Made by a program: the position numbers and the translations under genes. 64,000 nucleotides of DNA from a virus. Lineage: Duplodnaviria; Caudoviricetes. The stretch lies in the IMG/VR virus record IMGVR_UViG_3300027730_000005; one strand, 5' to 3'. The notes beneath the pieces were generated by a model. That model saw only the letters and a list, made by a program, of their open reading frames with translations. It was not told the DNA's origin and made no database searches. Shown here piece by piece: positions 27,252 to 36,979 of this stretch (position 1 is its first letter; every line of letters starts with the position of its first letter).

Positions 27252-27919
27252 CTATTGATAGTAAAAACTTTGATATAGATTGTTTACATTCGGCTCAAGT
27301 CATTGACTGTAATAACAAAAGCAAACGTCCCCAGCGGCACAGTCATTTAAATCATGCACTACAAAAAGTCAAACTAGCTGGTCATGTGATGGAATTTGGA
27401 GTATATCAAGGCACCACACTGAAAATTATCTCAGATTATTTTTGCAATCAAACTGTGTGGGGATTTGATAGTTTTGAAGGATTACCTGAACCTTGGTTTA
27501 TGAAAAGTTCGCAATCAGGGCCTCGACACCCAACTGGAAAATTTGCATTGGACAAAGAAGAACTGCTATTTGTTGCAAACCAGTTTGCGAAAAGAAACGT
27601 AAAATTAATACCTGGATGGTTTAATCAGTCTATAGTTCCTTGGATGAACACCAATCCCGGAGCAGTATCATTCTTACATATAGATTGTGATCTATACAGT
27701 AGTACACTAGACATATTAACTTTGTTGAATGATCGTATTGTTCCTGGTACTGTGATAGTGTTTGATGAGATGTATCCTTGGAATAATTTTGATCAATACG
27801 ATCTCTGGGAACAAGGTGAATTTCGAGCATTAAGCGAATGGATTAGTAATCATCAACGTACTTTTCGCACATTGTATCGCAGCCAACATCAACAATGCAG
27901 CATTGAGGTAATATCATGA
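27248..27919 (+). CDS. TylF/MycF-family O-methyltransferase
   Basis: EFGVYQG, FDSFEGLP, GWF, LHIDCDLYSST, VFDE. Confidence 0.85.
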   Translation: MTIDSKNFDIDCLHSAQVIDCNNKSKRPQRHSHLNHALQKVKLAGHVMEFGVYQGTTLKIISDYFCNQTVWGFDSFEGLPEPWFMKSSQSGPRHPTGKFALDKEELLFVANQFAKRNVKLIPGWFNQSIVPWMNTNPGAVSFLHIDCDLYSSTLDILTLLNDRIVPGTVIVFDEMYPWNNFDQYDLWEQGEFRALSEWISNHQRTFRTLYRSQHQQCSIEVIS

Positions 27920-28728
27920 GCAGTTGGGTTTTTCTCAGCAAAGGCGGCCAGGACGAGTATGTAAACATGCTGGCCCACAGTGCAAAAATGAAATCAACAG
28001 ATAGCGATTACTTTGATTATCATTATGATGTAGCAATAGACCGTAATCAGCTGGTTCTGCGTGGCATTCTCAAACACAAGATAATGAAACAATGCCTAGC
28101 CGATGGCAACAATTTTTACTATATGGATTCAGGATATGTCGGAAACAATCTAAGTAGAAAAAACATTCAAGGCATCAAGCAATATCATAGGATTGTGCTC
28201 AATGACTTGCAGCATCGGACTATTCGTCAACGTCCTAGCGATAGATGGGATTTACTGGGTATTACCCCAGATGCTCGACGATCAGGATATAAAATTATAG
28301 TAGCAGCACCAGATGAAAAACCTTGCAGGTATTATGGCATTGATCAGCAACAATGGATTCAAGATACTGTGGCTGAAATCAAAAAGCATACAGATCGTCC
28401 AGTGGAAGTTCGTGAACGTGCAGCATTGCGCATAGATAGAGTAATGAATCAACCGTTGAGTCAGGTTTTGACACAAGATGTGCATGCGTTGGTAACATTT
28501 AACAGTGTTGCAGCAGTAGAAAGCATATTGTCCGGTGTTCCTGCATTTGTCATGGCACCCAGTCATGTGGCAGAACCAGTGGCCAATCGAGAGTTATCTA
28601 AGATAGAAAATCCTTTTTATCCAGATCAAGACTTGTTGATGGCGTGGTGCCACAGCATGGCATATGGACAATATCATGTGCGCGAATTAAAAAATGGTAT
28701 AGCATTTAGAATGATGCAAGAAATATGA
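27916..28728 (+). CDS. Capsule-synthesis (KpsC/KpsS-like) GT-B protein
   Basis: YYMDSGY; VTFNSVAAVESILSGVPAFV. Confidence 0.6.
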   Translation: MSSWVFLSKGGQDEYVNMLAHSAKMKSTDSDYFDYHYDVAIDRNQLVLRGILKHKIMKQCLADGNNFYYMDSGYVGNNLSRKNIQGIKQYHRIVLNDLQHRTIRQRPSDRWDLLGITPDARRSGYKIIVAAPDEKPCRYYGIDQQQWIQDTVAEIKKHTDRPVEVRERAALRIDRVMNQPLSQVLTQDVHALVTFNSVAAVESILSGVPAFVMAPSHVAEPVANRELSKIENPFYPDQDLLMAWCHSMAYGQYHVRELKNGIAFRMMQEI

Positions 28729-29690
28729 GAGTTATAAGTTACACAGCAACCTTGCCCAGAAAAGAGCAGTACACTGCCGAGGGTCTAAAAAATGCCACTG
28801 ACAAAGTCAACACATTAACGTATTTTGCTCAAGGAGTAAATGCGCAAGGTGACCAAGGTATTGTTGAATCTAACATGGTTTATCAACCCAGTGAAGTAGC
28901 AGTTATATTAGGATGGGTACACGAGCACGGCAAGACTGCTGCACATTTGCAATTTCGTCAAGAAATTCTTGATGGGCAACGTGAATCTGGTGGTAGGACT
29001 ATTATAGCAGACAGCAATCTATTCCTGTATAAAAACAAACAAAATCCCGGATATTGGTTACGTTACAGCTACGATGGTATATTTGCCAACACTGGTGAAT
29101 ACTGTAATCAAACTCCTAATCCTTTTAGATGGGATCAAATTCAACAACATTCAGGATTAGATTTAAAGCCCTGGAGAACCAATGGAAATCATATCTTGTT
29201 GTGTTTGCAACGTGATGGTGGATGGAGCATGGGCGGGTGGGATGTAATAGATTGGGCTATCAAGACCATAGTTGAAATACGCAAGTACAGTGATCGACCC
29301 ATACGCATTCGTCCACATCCAGGAGACAAACGTGCATCAAAGTATTGTGATCGATTATTAAAATTATGTCAAGGACGTCGTTTAATCAACATTGAAATAA
29401 GTCAATCAACATCATCGTTAATGCAGGATTTTGTTAATTGTTGGGCAGTTGTAAATCATAACTCCAGCCCAGGTGTGGCAGCAGTAATAGAAGGTATTCC
29501 TGTGATACTAACAGATGCAGAACGTAGCCAAGCACGTGATGTGGCCACAGTAGGTCTACATTTTATAGAGAATCCAGCAATGCCTGATCGTCAGACCTGG
29601 ATAGAACGCATCAGTCAGTTTCATTGGAGCCATGCAGAACTACAGTCAGGTGCGTGTTGGCAACACATGAAGAAATGGGCAAAAAAATGA
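28725..29690 (+). CDS. Capsule-synthesis (KpsC/KpsS-like) GT-B protein
   Basis: LLCLQ, IRIRPHP, VVNHNSSPGVAAVIEGIPV. Confidence 0.65.
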   Translation: MRVISYTATLPRKEQYTAEGLKNATDKVNTLTYFAQGVNAQGDQGIVESNMVYQPSEVAVILGWVHEHGKTAAHLQFRQEILDGQRESGGRTIIADSNLFLYKNKQNPGYWLRYSYDGIFANTGEYCNQTPNPFRWDQIQQHSGLDLKPWRTNGNHILLCLQRDGGWSMGGWDVIDWAIKTIVEIRKYSDRPIRIRPHPGDKRASKYCDRLLKLCQGRRLINIEISQSTSSLMQDFVNCWAVVNHNSSPGVAAVIEGIPVILTDAERSQARDVATVGLHFIENPAMPDRQTWIERISQFHWSHAELQSGACWQHMKKWAKK

Positions 29691-30436
29691 TACAAGTAAT
29701 AACCAGTTTTAATCAACTTTACCACGATCTAATTGGTAAAGATTCGGTCAGCAGTTTTCTAGAACATTGGCCTGCCAATCTCAAATTGACCTGTTATGTA
29801 GAAGGATTTCAATTGCCCAATAATGATCGTGTTGTTCAGATTGAATTTTCTAAATTAGATCCAGACTATGATCAATATCAACTGGATACTTCGTTGAATC
29901 AAAGCATGAAAAAGTTTGCCAAGAAAGCCTACAGTTTCATGCATGCCATGCATCACAGTACTGCTGAATGGATTGTGTGGTTAGATGCTGATGTAATCAC
30001 TGTGAAATCATTGCCAATTGAACTATTACAAAGAGTATTATGTCCAGATCATCTAGCCATGTACATGGGTGTAACATACTTCACCGACAAGAGTGGAAAT
30101 CCAGGCCAATGGTTAGTTCCTGAGACTGGAGTGTTTGCAGTGAATACTCGACACAAAGATTTTGCTGCGTTTAGAGCAGAGTATTGTAGACGTTATCACG
30201 ATCGTGATTATGCAGATCTACGTAGATACTATGACAATGATGTGTTTGGTGCTGCCTTGTTGGCAGTGCCTAATGCTGCTGTATTAGATCTATGCGCAGG
30301 ATTTACAAAAAGTTACAAAACTCCATTACGTCACACTGTGCTAGGTGATCATCTCATACATTACAAGGCCAAACATTCAAAGGCCGAATACGTGCAAGGT
30401 GACGTAGATGGTATCTGTGTGGCCGACAACGACTGA
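29687..30436 (+). CDS. Nucleotide-diphospho-sugar transferase (GT-A)
   Basis: ITSFNQ..Y, KFAKKAYS, VWLDADV, HYK; start at ATGA overlap 29687. Confidence 0.7.
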   Translation: MIQVITSFNQLYHDLIGKDSVSSFLEHWPANLKLTCYVEGFQLPNNDRVVQIEFSKLDPDYDQYQLDTSLNQSMKKFAKKAYSFMHAMHHSTAEWIVWLDADVITVKSLPIELLQRVLCPDHLAMYMGVTYFTDKSGNPGQWLVPETGVFAVNTRHKDFAAFRAEYCRRYHDRDYADLRRYYDNDVFGAALLAVPNAAVLDLCAGFTKSYKTPLRHTVLGDHLIHYKAKHSKAEYVQGDVDGICVADND

Positions 30437-31255
30437 TTAGCTAGTCCAATACTTTTCGCTTCTAGGACGTATGAGATCTTTGGAATTACTGCGTCCAGTG
30501 GTTTTTCTATTGCCTTTGAGGTGGTCTAAATGTGCTCCCCAAACTGTGTTGATCAGTGGATGACCTTCACCTTGGATCAATCCTTCACTCCAGTTTAATA
30601 CTTGCCATTCAGGATGTGCAGCTTTGACTTCTTTACGAGTCTCGTCAAACACCCAGCAATCATTCCATTCAGCCATGGTCATAAGGCGTCCTGAATCATA
30701 TGCTAATTGAAACTCAGCAAGCCATTTGCGAGTGATTGGGTTTCGCAGATTCATTCCGTACAACCCACATTCTGAGAACTTCTTTTCTCGTCCTAAGTAT
30801 GCTAGACCCACATCAGATGGCATTTGCAGCAACAAAAATGCTTCATTAAGTCCAGTATGACATATCATATCAGCATCCATCCAAAATAGCACATCAGTTT
30901 TGCAGTTGGCAGCAGCATGAAATACAGAATAGGCTTTGTGGCTGAATCGAATGGCATCCCAGCGGAATCCAAGTCCGGGTGCTTTGCCTTTTTTATCTGT
31001 AGGACCAGTTGCTACTTCACCACGAGCTCTGGGATCCGAACCCCATCGTTGCTTGAACGCAACAATTTCCGGACTTGATGCATGTAGATCTCTCACATGC
31101 AAATTACAATCCGATTGTGTGATTGTGCAATTTTCCGTATACACATACAGATTAACTGCTTTTGGCCAATTTTGTAAAAAAGTATCAATCATTCGGCTGG
31201 CGTACTTGTCGTAACCTTCTTGATTGAATGTAGTAACTACTGCATATTTTGTCAT
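30437..31255 (-). CDS. Nucleotide-diphospho-sugar transferase (GT-A), paralogue of 29687..30436
   Basis: VTTFNQEGY, RFSHKAYS, FWMDADM, ECG, WNDCWVFD, DHLKG. Confidence 0.75.
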   Translation of the reverse strand: MTKYAVVTTFNQEGYDKYASRMIDTFLQNWPKAVNLYVYTENCTITQSDCNLHVRDLHASSPEIVAFKQRWGSDPRARGEVATGPTDKKGKAPGLGFRWDAIRFSHKAYSVFHAAANCKTDVLFWMDADMICHTGLNEAFLLLQMPSDVGLAYLGREKKFSECGLYGMNLRNPITRKWLAEFQLAYDSGRLMTMAEWNDCWVFDETRKEVKAAHPEWQVLNWSEGLIQGEGHPLINTVWGAHLDHLKGNRKTTGRSNSKDLIRPRSEKYWTS

Positions 31256-31292
31256 GGGAGTCCAGTTTTGAATAACTATTTAACACAATATC

Positions 31293-32135
31293 ATGAACAT
31301 CAGTATTTTTACTAAATTTGGTGCCCTTAATTCAGGGCCAGTATTTGAAGCATTTCGCAACGGTTGCAAAAAACATCGTATACGTGTGACTGAGCACAAC
31401 ACATCAGCAGATGTAGCAGTGATCTGGAGTCAACTATGGACAGGACGTATGGCTCCTAACAGGGCAATATGGGACGAGTTCTCTGCGTCTGGCCGTCCAG
31501 TGATTGTGTTAGAAGTAGGACAATTGAATCGTGGCGTGACTTGGAAAATGGGTATCAATGGTGTAAATGCTCGTGCCTGGTTCGGCGAAGGGATTGAACC
31601 TGGTCGAGCAAAAAAACTAGCAATGCGATTACAACCCTGGCATCAAGGCGATCATATCTTGATAGCCATGCAACGCACTGACAGTGAACAATGGGCTGGA
31701 CTGCCTCCTGCACAACAATGGTTGGATCAGACCATTGCCAAGCTGCGTGAACATACTGATCGTGCTATTGTAGTAAGACCTCATCCTAGGCAAAAACTAC
31801 AACCAAAGATGGGCGTGAAGTTTCAAACACCACTGTCGTTGCGTGGAACTTATGATGAATTTGATTTCAGATCAAATTTAAACAATGCCTGGGCGGTGGT
31901 TAATGAAAATTCAGGTCCTGGTAGTCAAGCTATTATAGATGGTGTGCCGGCATTTGTAGGTGCATACTCAATGGCGGCCCCTGTGGCCAACTTAGACTAT
32001 GCTCAAATAGAAAAACCACACATGCCTGATAGAGCAGCGTGGTTAGATGATTTATGTCACACAGAGTGGACTCTGGGAGAGATTGCTACCGGTGCACCAA
32101 TTGGAAGATTGCTAGGTAGATTGCAGTCTAGCTAA
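31293..32135 (+). CDS. Capsule-synthesis (KpsC/KpsS-like) GT-B protein
   Basis: LIAMQ, IVVRPHP, VVNENSGPGSQAIIDGVPAFV. Confidence 0.65.
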   Translation: MNISIFTKFGALNSGPVFEAFRNGCKKHRIRVTEHNTSADVAVIWSQLWTGRMAPNRAIWDEFSASGRPVIVLEVGQLNRGVTWKMGINGVNARAWFGEGIEPGRAKKLAMRLQPWHQGDHILIAMQRTDSEQWAGLPPAQQWLDQTIAKLREHTDRAIVVRPHPRQKLQPKMGVKFQTPLSLRGTYDEFDFRSNLNNAWAVVNENSGPGSQAIIDGVPAFVGAYSMAAPVANLDYAQIEKPHMPDRAAWLDDLCHTEWTLGEIATGAPIGRLLGRLQSS

Positions 32136-33089
32136 ATCAGCATCCACCATGCTGCGTATCATAGTGGCAAAATCAGTACGCGGTTTCCATCCTAGTAAAT
32201 CTCTAGCCGAAGTTGAATCACCACATAGGCTATGAAGTTCAGCAGGACGTTTGAATCTAGGATCTGATTTGATCATGGATTGCCAATCATCAATGCCCAC
32301 ATGACCAAATGCAATGTCACATAGTTCTCTGATGCTATGCTGTTCACCTGTGGAAATAACGTAGTCTCTGGCTTCTGGTTGTTGCAGCATCAGCCACATG
32401 GCTTCTACAAAGTCGCCGGCAAACCCCCAATCTCGACGTGAATCAAGATTGCCCAATGTAATAGATTTTTCTAATCCTAGTTTGATACGTGCAACCCCGT
32501 CAGTTACTTTGCGGGTAACAAACTCACGACCGCGTAATGGGCTTTCGTGATTGAACAAGATACCTGAGCAAGCATAGAGACTATAACTTTCACGAAAGTT
32601 TATGGTCATCCAATGACTATACAGTTTGCTGACTCCATACGGGCTGCGGGGGCGGAAAGGTGTAGTTTCTCCTTGCTGCCCAGCTTCTGTGGCGTTACCA
32701 AACATTTCACTTGTGCTGGCTTGATAAAACCGTGCATTGGGGTTGTGAGTACGAATAGAATTGAGCAAATTCAGTACTCCAATTGAGTTCACTTCTGTTG
32801 TGAGTTTGTTGAGATCCCAACTTGAACCTACAAAACTCTGTGCTGCAAGATTATACACTTCAGCAGGTTTAAGAGTTTGCATGAGATGATTCATGTTGTT
32901 CTCGTCAGTGATATCTCCAGTGACTAACTCAATATCGTTTTCTATCCCTAACCACTTGATATTGTCTAGGTTTGGGTTTGAGTATCGTTTCACAAGGCCA
33001 TGCACATGATAGCCTTTTTCAACCAATAGCTTGGCAAGATATGGACCGTCTTGGCCGGTCATGCCTGTTATAAATGCAGTACGTTTCAT
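32112..33089 (-). CDS. gmd: GDP-mannose 4,6-dehydratase
   Basis: ITGMTGQDGPYLA, YNLAAQSFV, YQASTSEMFG, SPYGVSK, FNHESPLRG, RDWGFAGD. Confidence 0.96.
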   Translation of the reverse strand: MKRTAFITGMTGQDGPYLAKLLVEKGYHVHGLVKRYSNPNLDNIKWLGIENDIELVTGDITDENNMNHLMQTLKPAEVYNLAAQSFVGSSWDLNKLTTEVNSIGVLNLLNSIRTHNPNARFYQASTSEMFGNATEAGQQGETTPFRPRSPYGVSKLYSHWMTINFRESYSLYACSGILFNHESPLRGREFVTRKVTDGVARIKLGLEKSITLGNLDSRRDWGFAGDFVEAMWLMLQQPEARDYVISTGEQHSIRELCDIAFGHVGIDDWQSMIKSDPRFKRPAELHSLCGDSTSARDLLGWKPRTDFATMIRSMVDADLARLQST

Positions 33090-33113
33090 AATATTATGTA
33101 TCACAAACGTCAG

Positions 33114-33566
33114 TCATACTGTAATATCTTCCATGCCTGCGGTACGAAGTTTAACCACGTGGCCCATTTGCCATTGTTTGCTGTCTAGACCTTTGAGAAT
33201 ACCCAGCCAACGATTGCGCAAGTATGCCACTTCGTTAATTATGGTTTCATAATCAATTACTTCATCTTCACCTTCGGCATACTTTTCAGCATCTCTACTG
33301 GTAAGTGCGCGAGCATATCCTTCAAGATATTTCTTGTAATGTTTTCTACGTATCTTGCGCAGTTGTATGTTGAGATAGTTCAACACTGCCTCGACTTCCT
33401 GTAGCTGATTAAATCGTTGTTCTGTAATGCCCGGAAGAGCGGTGATGTTTTTTTCTAAAACACCACGTATCCTACAATCATTTTGAGCTGCTGCTAGTTC
33501 GGTTTCGTAGTATGTGATAAAATCTGGAATGGCTGAAAGATCAGCTACCACACGACTATACCACAT
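33114..33566 (-). CDS. uvsY: Recombination mediator UvsY-like
   Basis: YKKYLEGY...RDAEKYAEGED; downstream of uvsX in the gp32 operon. Confidence 0.75.
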   Translation of the reverse strand: MWYSRVVADLSAIPDFITYYETELAAAQNDCRIRGVLEKNITALPGITEQRFNQLQEVEAVLNYLNIQLRKIRRKHYKKYLEGYARALTSRDAEKYAEGEDEVIDYETIINEVAYLRNRWLGILKGLDSKQWQMGHVVKLRTAGMEDITV

Positions 33567-33832
33567 TAGTTTTCCCAGTCGTCGGCGTGATAATCTTCTT
33601 CTTCAGCTTCATCATCCTCGTCCTCATAGCTCTTGTCATTGTCAAGGTATGCTGTTAGAGCACGTTTAATGTCTGAATCACCTTTGAATGCATTTTTGAT
33701 GTCATCAACATCACAATCATTATCAACCAAGATTGCAACTATAGTTTCGGCTGCCTCATTTCGATCGACAGTATTTACATATCTCTTGAGTTCGGACCAG
33801 ACTTCGCTAGCCACTGCTACTGCTTCATTCAT
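33566..33832 (-). CDS. Small acidic hypothetical protein
   Basis: 88 aa, coupled between uvsX and uvsY. Confidence 0.75.
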   Translation of the reverse strand: MNEAVAVASEVWSELKRYVNTVDRNEAAETIVAILVDNDCDVDDIKNAFKGDSDIKRALTAYLDNDKSYEDEDDEAEEEDYHADDWEN

Positions 33833-34899
33833 TCTACTGTATCCTCCAGGGTACTTACCTCTTCTTTATGATTTCCAAAGTCTGCCATAGCACGATCCAA
33901 GCAGCCGTCCTCATTGGCCTCCCACTTCTTGCGGAACTTCTTGATGATCTCACCGTCGGTAGTAACAAACACTAAACTATTGCCTTCTTTCTTTAGCAGA
34001 TTGCGTTTCTCCATGAGATCCACCATACCCGAATATGGGCTCATACCTGTTTCATACGGAATCTTGATCTGCACACCTTCAAAGGGCTTGGCATAGCGTG
34101 TTTTCATTACCTTGCAGGCAGCACGAATACCCATGACATCTGTGATCTTATTGCCGTCTTCATCTTCTTTGAGCTTGAGTTTTTTCATGGCCACAACAAT
34201 TGAGCTGGCATAGATGAATCCTTGCCCGCCGGATATCTTATCATCTGGATCAAACATGTCTTGACTTGCATAAGTGTGATTGGTACAAACCAGTCCCACA
34301 TTGTATGAACCAAACATGTTCACACAGTTACGCACCAAACTAGTAAGTGCTTTGGGCTTGCGACCAAGATCACCTTTCATCTCGCCTGCTTCAAACTGAT
34401 TTACATCAGTGGGTGTAAGCAACATTCCTAGTGAATCAATTACAAACATAACTTTAGGACGATCAGCATCAGGTAGTGTCTTGTAGTCGCCCATAAATGT
34501 GGAGATTGTTTTGGCCACATCGTCAATCATTGCCATGCTTAGTTTAAGCAATTTTGAATCGCTGGTATCCACACCTAGTGCTTTAAGCCAATCTTCATCC
34601 AAAGCATTTTCGCTATCCACTAGCACTACATAGATGCCCTGTTCTTGTGCGTTCTTGATGATGTTACCAGAACAGATGTAACTTTTACCTGCGCCGGATT
34701 CACCAGCAAATACAGTGACCTTGCCCAATGGAATACCTCTATTGAAGTCTCCAGAGATCAAATAGTTCAATGCGTAGTTACCTGTGGATACCCAGTCTGT
34801 GGGATCGTTAAAACCAATACTCAATCCTTCGATTGATTTGGTAATTTCCTTTCGGAACTTGCTTACGTCAAATGGTTTTCCCATGATAGTTTCTTTCAA
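33829..34899 (-). CDS. uvsX: RecA-like recombinase UvsX
   Basis: AGESGAGKS, LVDSENA, VIDSLG, NHTY, SGGQG, K.RY. Confidence 0.93.
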   Translation of the reverse strand: MKETIMGKPFDVSKFRKEITKSIEGLSIGFNDPTDWVSTGNYALNYLISGDFNRGIPLGKVTVFAGESGAGKSYICSGNIIKNAQEQGIYVVLVDSENALDEDWLKALGVDTSDSKLLKLSMAMIDDVAKTISTFMGDYKTLPDADRPKVMFVIDSLGMLLTPTDVNQFEAGEMKGDLGRKPKALTSLVRNCVNMFGSYNVGLVCTNHTYASQDMFDPDDKISGGQGFIYASSIVVAMKKLKLKEDEDGNKITDVMGIRAACKVMKTRYAKPFEGVQIKIPYETGMSPYSGMVDLMEKRNLLKKEGNSLVFVTTDGEIIKKFRKKWEANEDGCLDRAMADFGNHKEEVSTLEDTVE

Positions 34900-35819
34900 T
34901 GTAAAATAATGCTGGCAAAGTTGTTTGCCCGTGAGTTATTATAAAGTATTTTGCGATACTCTGTCAAGTGTTTGTCTAGACCAATCACATTGGCGATAGG
35001 AACTTGTTTGGCCATAGGCCGGCGATTATGCTGATTGCACCATGCTAGAAATTCTGGACTAAACGCCACAGTCTCAGGCTGTTGTAGATTGAGATTGAAA
35101 GAGTATTCTAATGTCTCGTAGTTGTAATGATCTTGGCAATCAAGATTCATGTCAAAATATTCAAACTTGTTGTAAAGTTGTCGTCCCACATAGGTATATC
35201 CAAACGTAAAATTCATCTTGTTTTGATTGGATACCATAGATGTTTGTTGAAATGGATTATCAAACACTTCCCACTTGTCACCAGCATCAAAATTGATATT
35301 GTTAGTAAAAATTGATTCCAGTCTATGAACTGCCATGTTTACATCTTCGTATGGAAAAATGCGTCCAATGTGTTTCATGGCCACTGCTAATCTTGTTTCT
35401 ACTATTTCGTCAGGAAACTGATCATGCAGTTGTTCTCCTAGTTTGGCAGCATTTGAGTTTTGACTAAATCTCAAATGATGTACCTGCACTTTATAATTTT
35501 GTGAAAATACCCATTCAGCATGTATACGATTAAGAAAACTTTGATCTAAGTATGTTTCTAAATTATCAGATTGTGGAAAATTGATACCAACAAGGTTATG
35601 AAGAACTTCGTTGGTATTTGATAGTGCCCAGTGAATGTCTGTTAACCCTTTGCTGACTTGTTGTGCTATTTTTTGCTGGTCAGAAAATCTATTTTGATTT
35701 TGACTAATTGATTTTTTTACAAAAAATTCAAACAACTCATGATTGTACGCAACCTCAAAAGGTATACTGTCACCAGTATTCTCAAATACTAAAGAAAATT
35801 TCATAATAGATAGACGCAA
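34896..35819 (-). CDS. Hypothetical protein, paralogue of 18109..18972
   Basis: DQSFLNRIH, NMAVHRLES, FGYTYVGRQL; ATGA overlap with uvsX; start may be ATG 35804. Confidence 0.8.
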   Translation of the reverse strand: MRLSIMKFSLVFENTGDSIPFEVAYNHELFEFFVKKSISQNQNRFSDQQKIAQQVSKGLTDIHWALSNTNEVLHNLVGINFPQSDNLETYLDQSFLNRIHAEWVFSQNYKVQVHHLRFSQNSNAAKLGEQLHDQFPDEIVETRLAVAMKHIGRIFPYEDVNMAVHRLESIFTNNINFDAGDKWEVFDNPFQQTSMVSNQNKMNFTFGYTYVGRQLYNKFEYFDMNLDCQDHYNYETLEYSFNLNLQQPETVAFSPEFLAWCNQHNRRPMAKQVPIANVIGLDKHLTEYRKILYNNSRANNFASIILH

Positions 35820-35840
35820 GCACTCGACCCGAGTGCTTGC
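35816..35840 (-). other. Strong 11-bp stem-loop after gp32 (weak terminator or RNA stabiliser)
   Basis: GCAAGCACTCG-ACC-CGAGTGCTTGC; no clear U-tract. Confidence 0.6.
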
Positions 35841-35852
35841 AATACTGGTCAG

Positions 35853-36845
35853 TTACTTGGCGGTGCGTGAGCGTATCATGGCCAGGATGTCTTCGGCCTT
35901 TTTGCTGCCTTCTGCTGGCTTAGACACAGGTGCCGATACCACTGCTGGCTCGTCATCAAAGTCATTTGCCACCGGTGCGTTGGCTGCTGGCTTGAACGCT
36001 GGCTTAGCTACTGGTGTATCTTCATCCACATCTGCCGCGGCTGCTGTTCCAACTGGCGCACTCATTCCGGCTGGGCGGTAGTATTGGCCCCAACGTTCCG
36101 TATCAAATGGTTGGCCGTCCACGCTGGCTTCAAACATCTCTTTGATCACGTTGAGTTCCACCGATGTAGGCTTCTTGGGCAAGAAGGTGCTGAGATCAAA
36201 CAAACCATATTTTTCAACTGCTGCTTGTTCAACTTCAGTAAGTGCAGACTCTTTACGTGCCCACTTGCTGGTGTTGTAATCAGCATAGCCGCCCTTTTGA
36301 GTTTTTGCAATACGGAAGTCTAGACCAGCTGTGTAATCAGTTGGCAAGTTTTCCAATTCTGGATCCATCAATGCACCTTTGATGATTGCAAAGATCTGAG
36401 GCCCAATCACAAACTTACGGATGGGATTGTCTGGAGTTTTGTCGTCAGCGAGCGGATTGTCGCGCACAAAACCTTGATAGATATAACTGCGTTTTTTCCA
36501 ATACTTACGACCCATCTCTTCAAGACTCTTGTCTTTGAACCAAGGACGTACTTCAGTAAGAATTGGACAAGTTTCTCCCCACATTTCCATGCAAGGAACT
36601 TGTATCATAACTTGTTTGGATTCCATTTCTCCTTTGATGCCGTTGAAGGGCAGTCGAATCATGGCCCGTTCGGCCCAGAAGAATGTGTTTTTGTTGTTGC
36701 CATCCGGTAAGAATCGGAAGGTTGCGGCTTGTCCTTCATCCATGTTCCAGTGTGGATAAATTGAATTATCGCCTCCACCTGTGGATGTTTTGCCTTTGTT
36801 TTCTGCTGCCTGTAGTCTTGCTCGAATTTCTGATAAAGTTGCCAT
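35853..36845 (-). CDS. gp32: Single-stranded DNA-binding protein (T4 gp32 type)
   Basis: ATFRFLP, PC.EMWGETCPI, YWKKRSY, acidic C-terminus; operon with uvsX/uvsY. Confidence 0.88.
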   Translation of the reverse strand: MATLSEIRARLQAAENKGKTSTGGGDNSIYPHWNMDEGQAATFRFLPDGNNKNTFFWAERAMIRLPFNGIKGEMESKQVMIQVPCMEMWGETCPILTEVRPWFKDKSLEEMGRKYWKKRSYIYQGFVRDNPLADDKTPDNPIRKFVIGPQIFAIIKGALMDPELENLPTDYTAGLDFRIAKTQKGGYADYNTSKWARKESALTEVEQAAVEKYGLFDLSTFLPKKPTSVELNVIKEMFEASVDGQPFDTERWGQYYRPAGMSAPVGTAAAADVDEDTPVAKPAFKPAANAPVANDFDDEPAVVSAPVSKPAEGSKKAEDILAMIRSRTAK

Positions 36846-36939
36846 AGTTTTTTCTCCTGTAAATGCCTATGTAAAATGCCTATCTAATGATTTAGATTGT
36901 GTTGCCTGTGCCACAAATGAAAAAGCGCAAACACAGTGT

Positions 36940-36968
36940 AGTATATGCGCTTTCTGTCTCTGTGTCAA
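36940..36968 (-). promoter_or_regulatory. Sigma70-type promoter for gp32 operon, overlapped by an AAAGCGCA/TGCGCTTT inverted repeat (probable terminator of the upstream late gene)
   Basis: TTGACA-N17-TATACT; inverted repeat 36922-36953. Confidence 0.75.
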
Positions 36969-36979
36969 TGTTATTTATG

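Noticed and set aside
20588-36915. Shared TGTG-N10-CACA operator near early promoters (20588-20605, 36898-36915)
   Set aside because: Only two imperfect instances; not found at the other early promoters.
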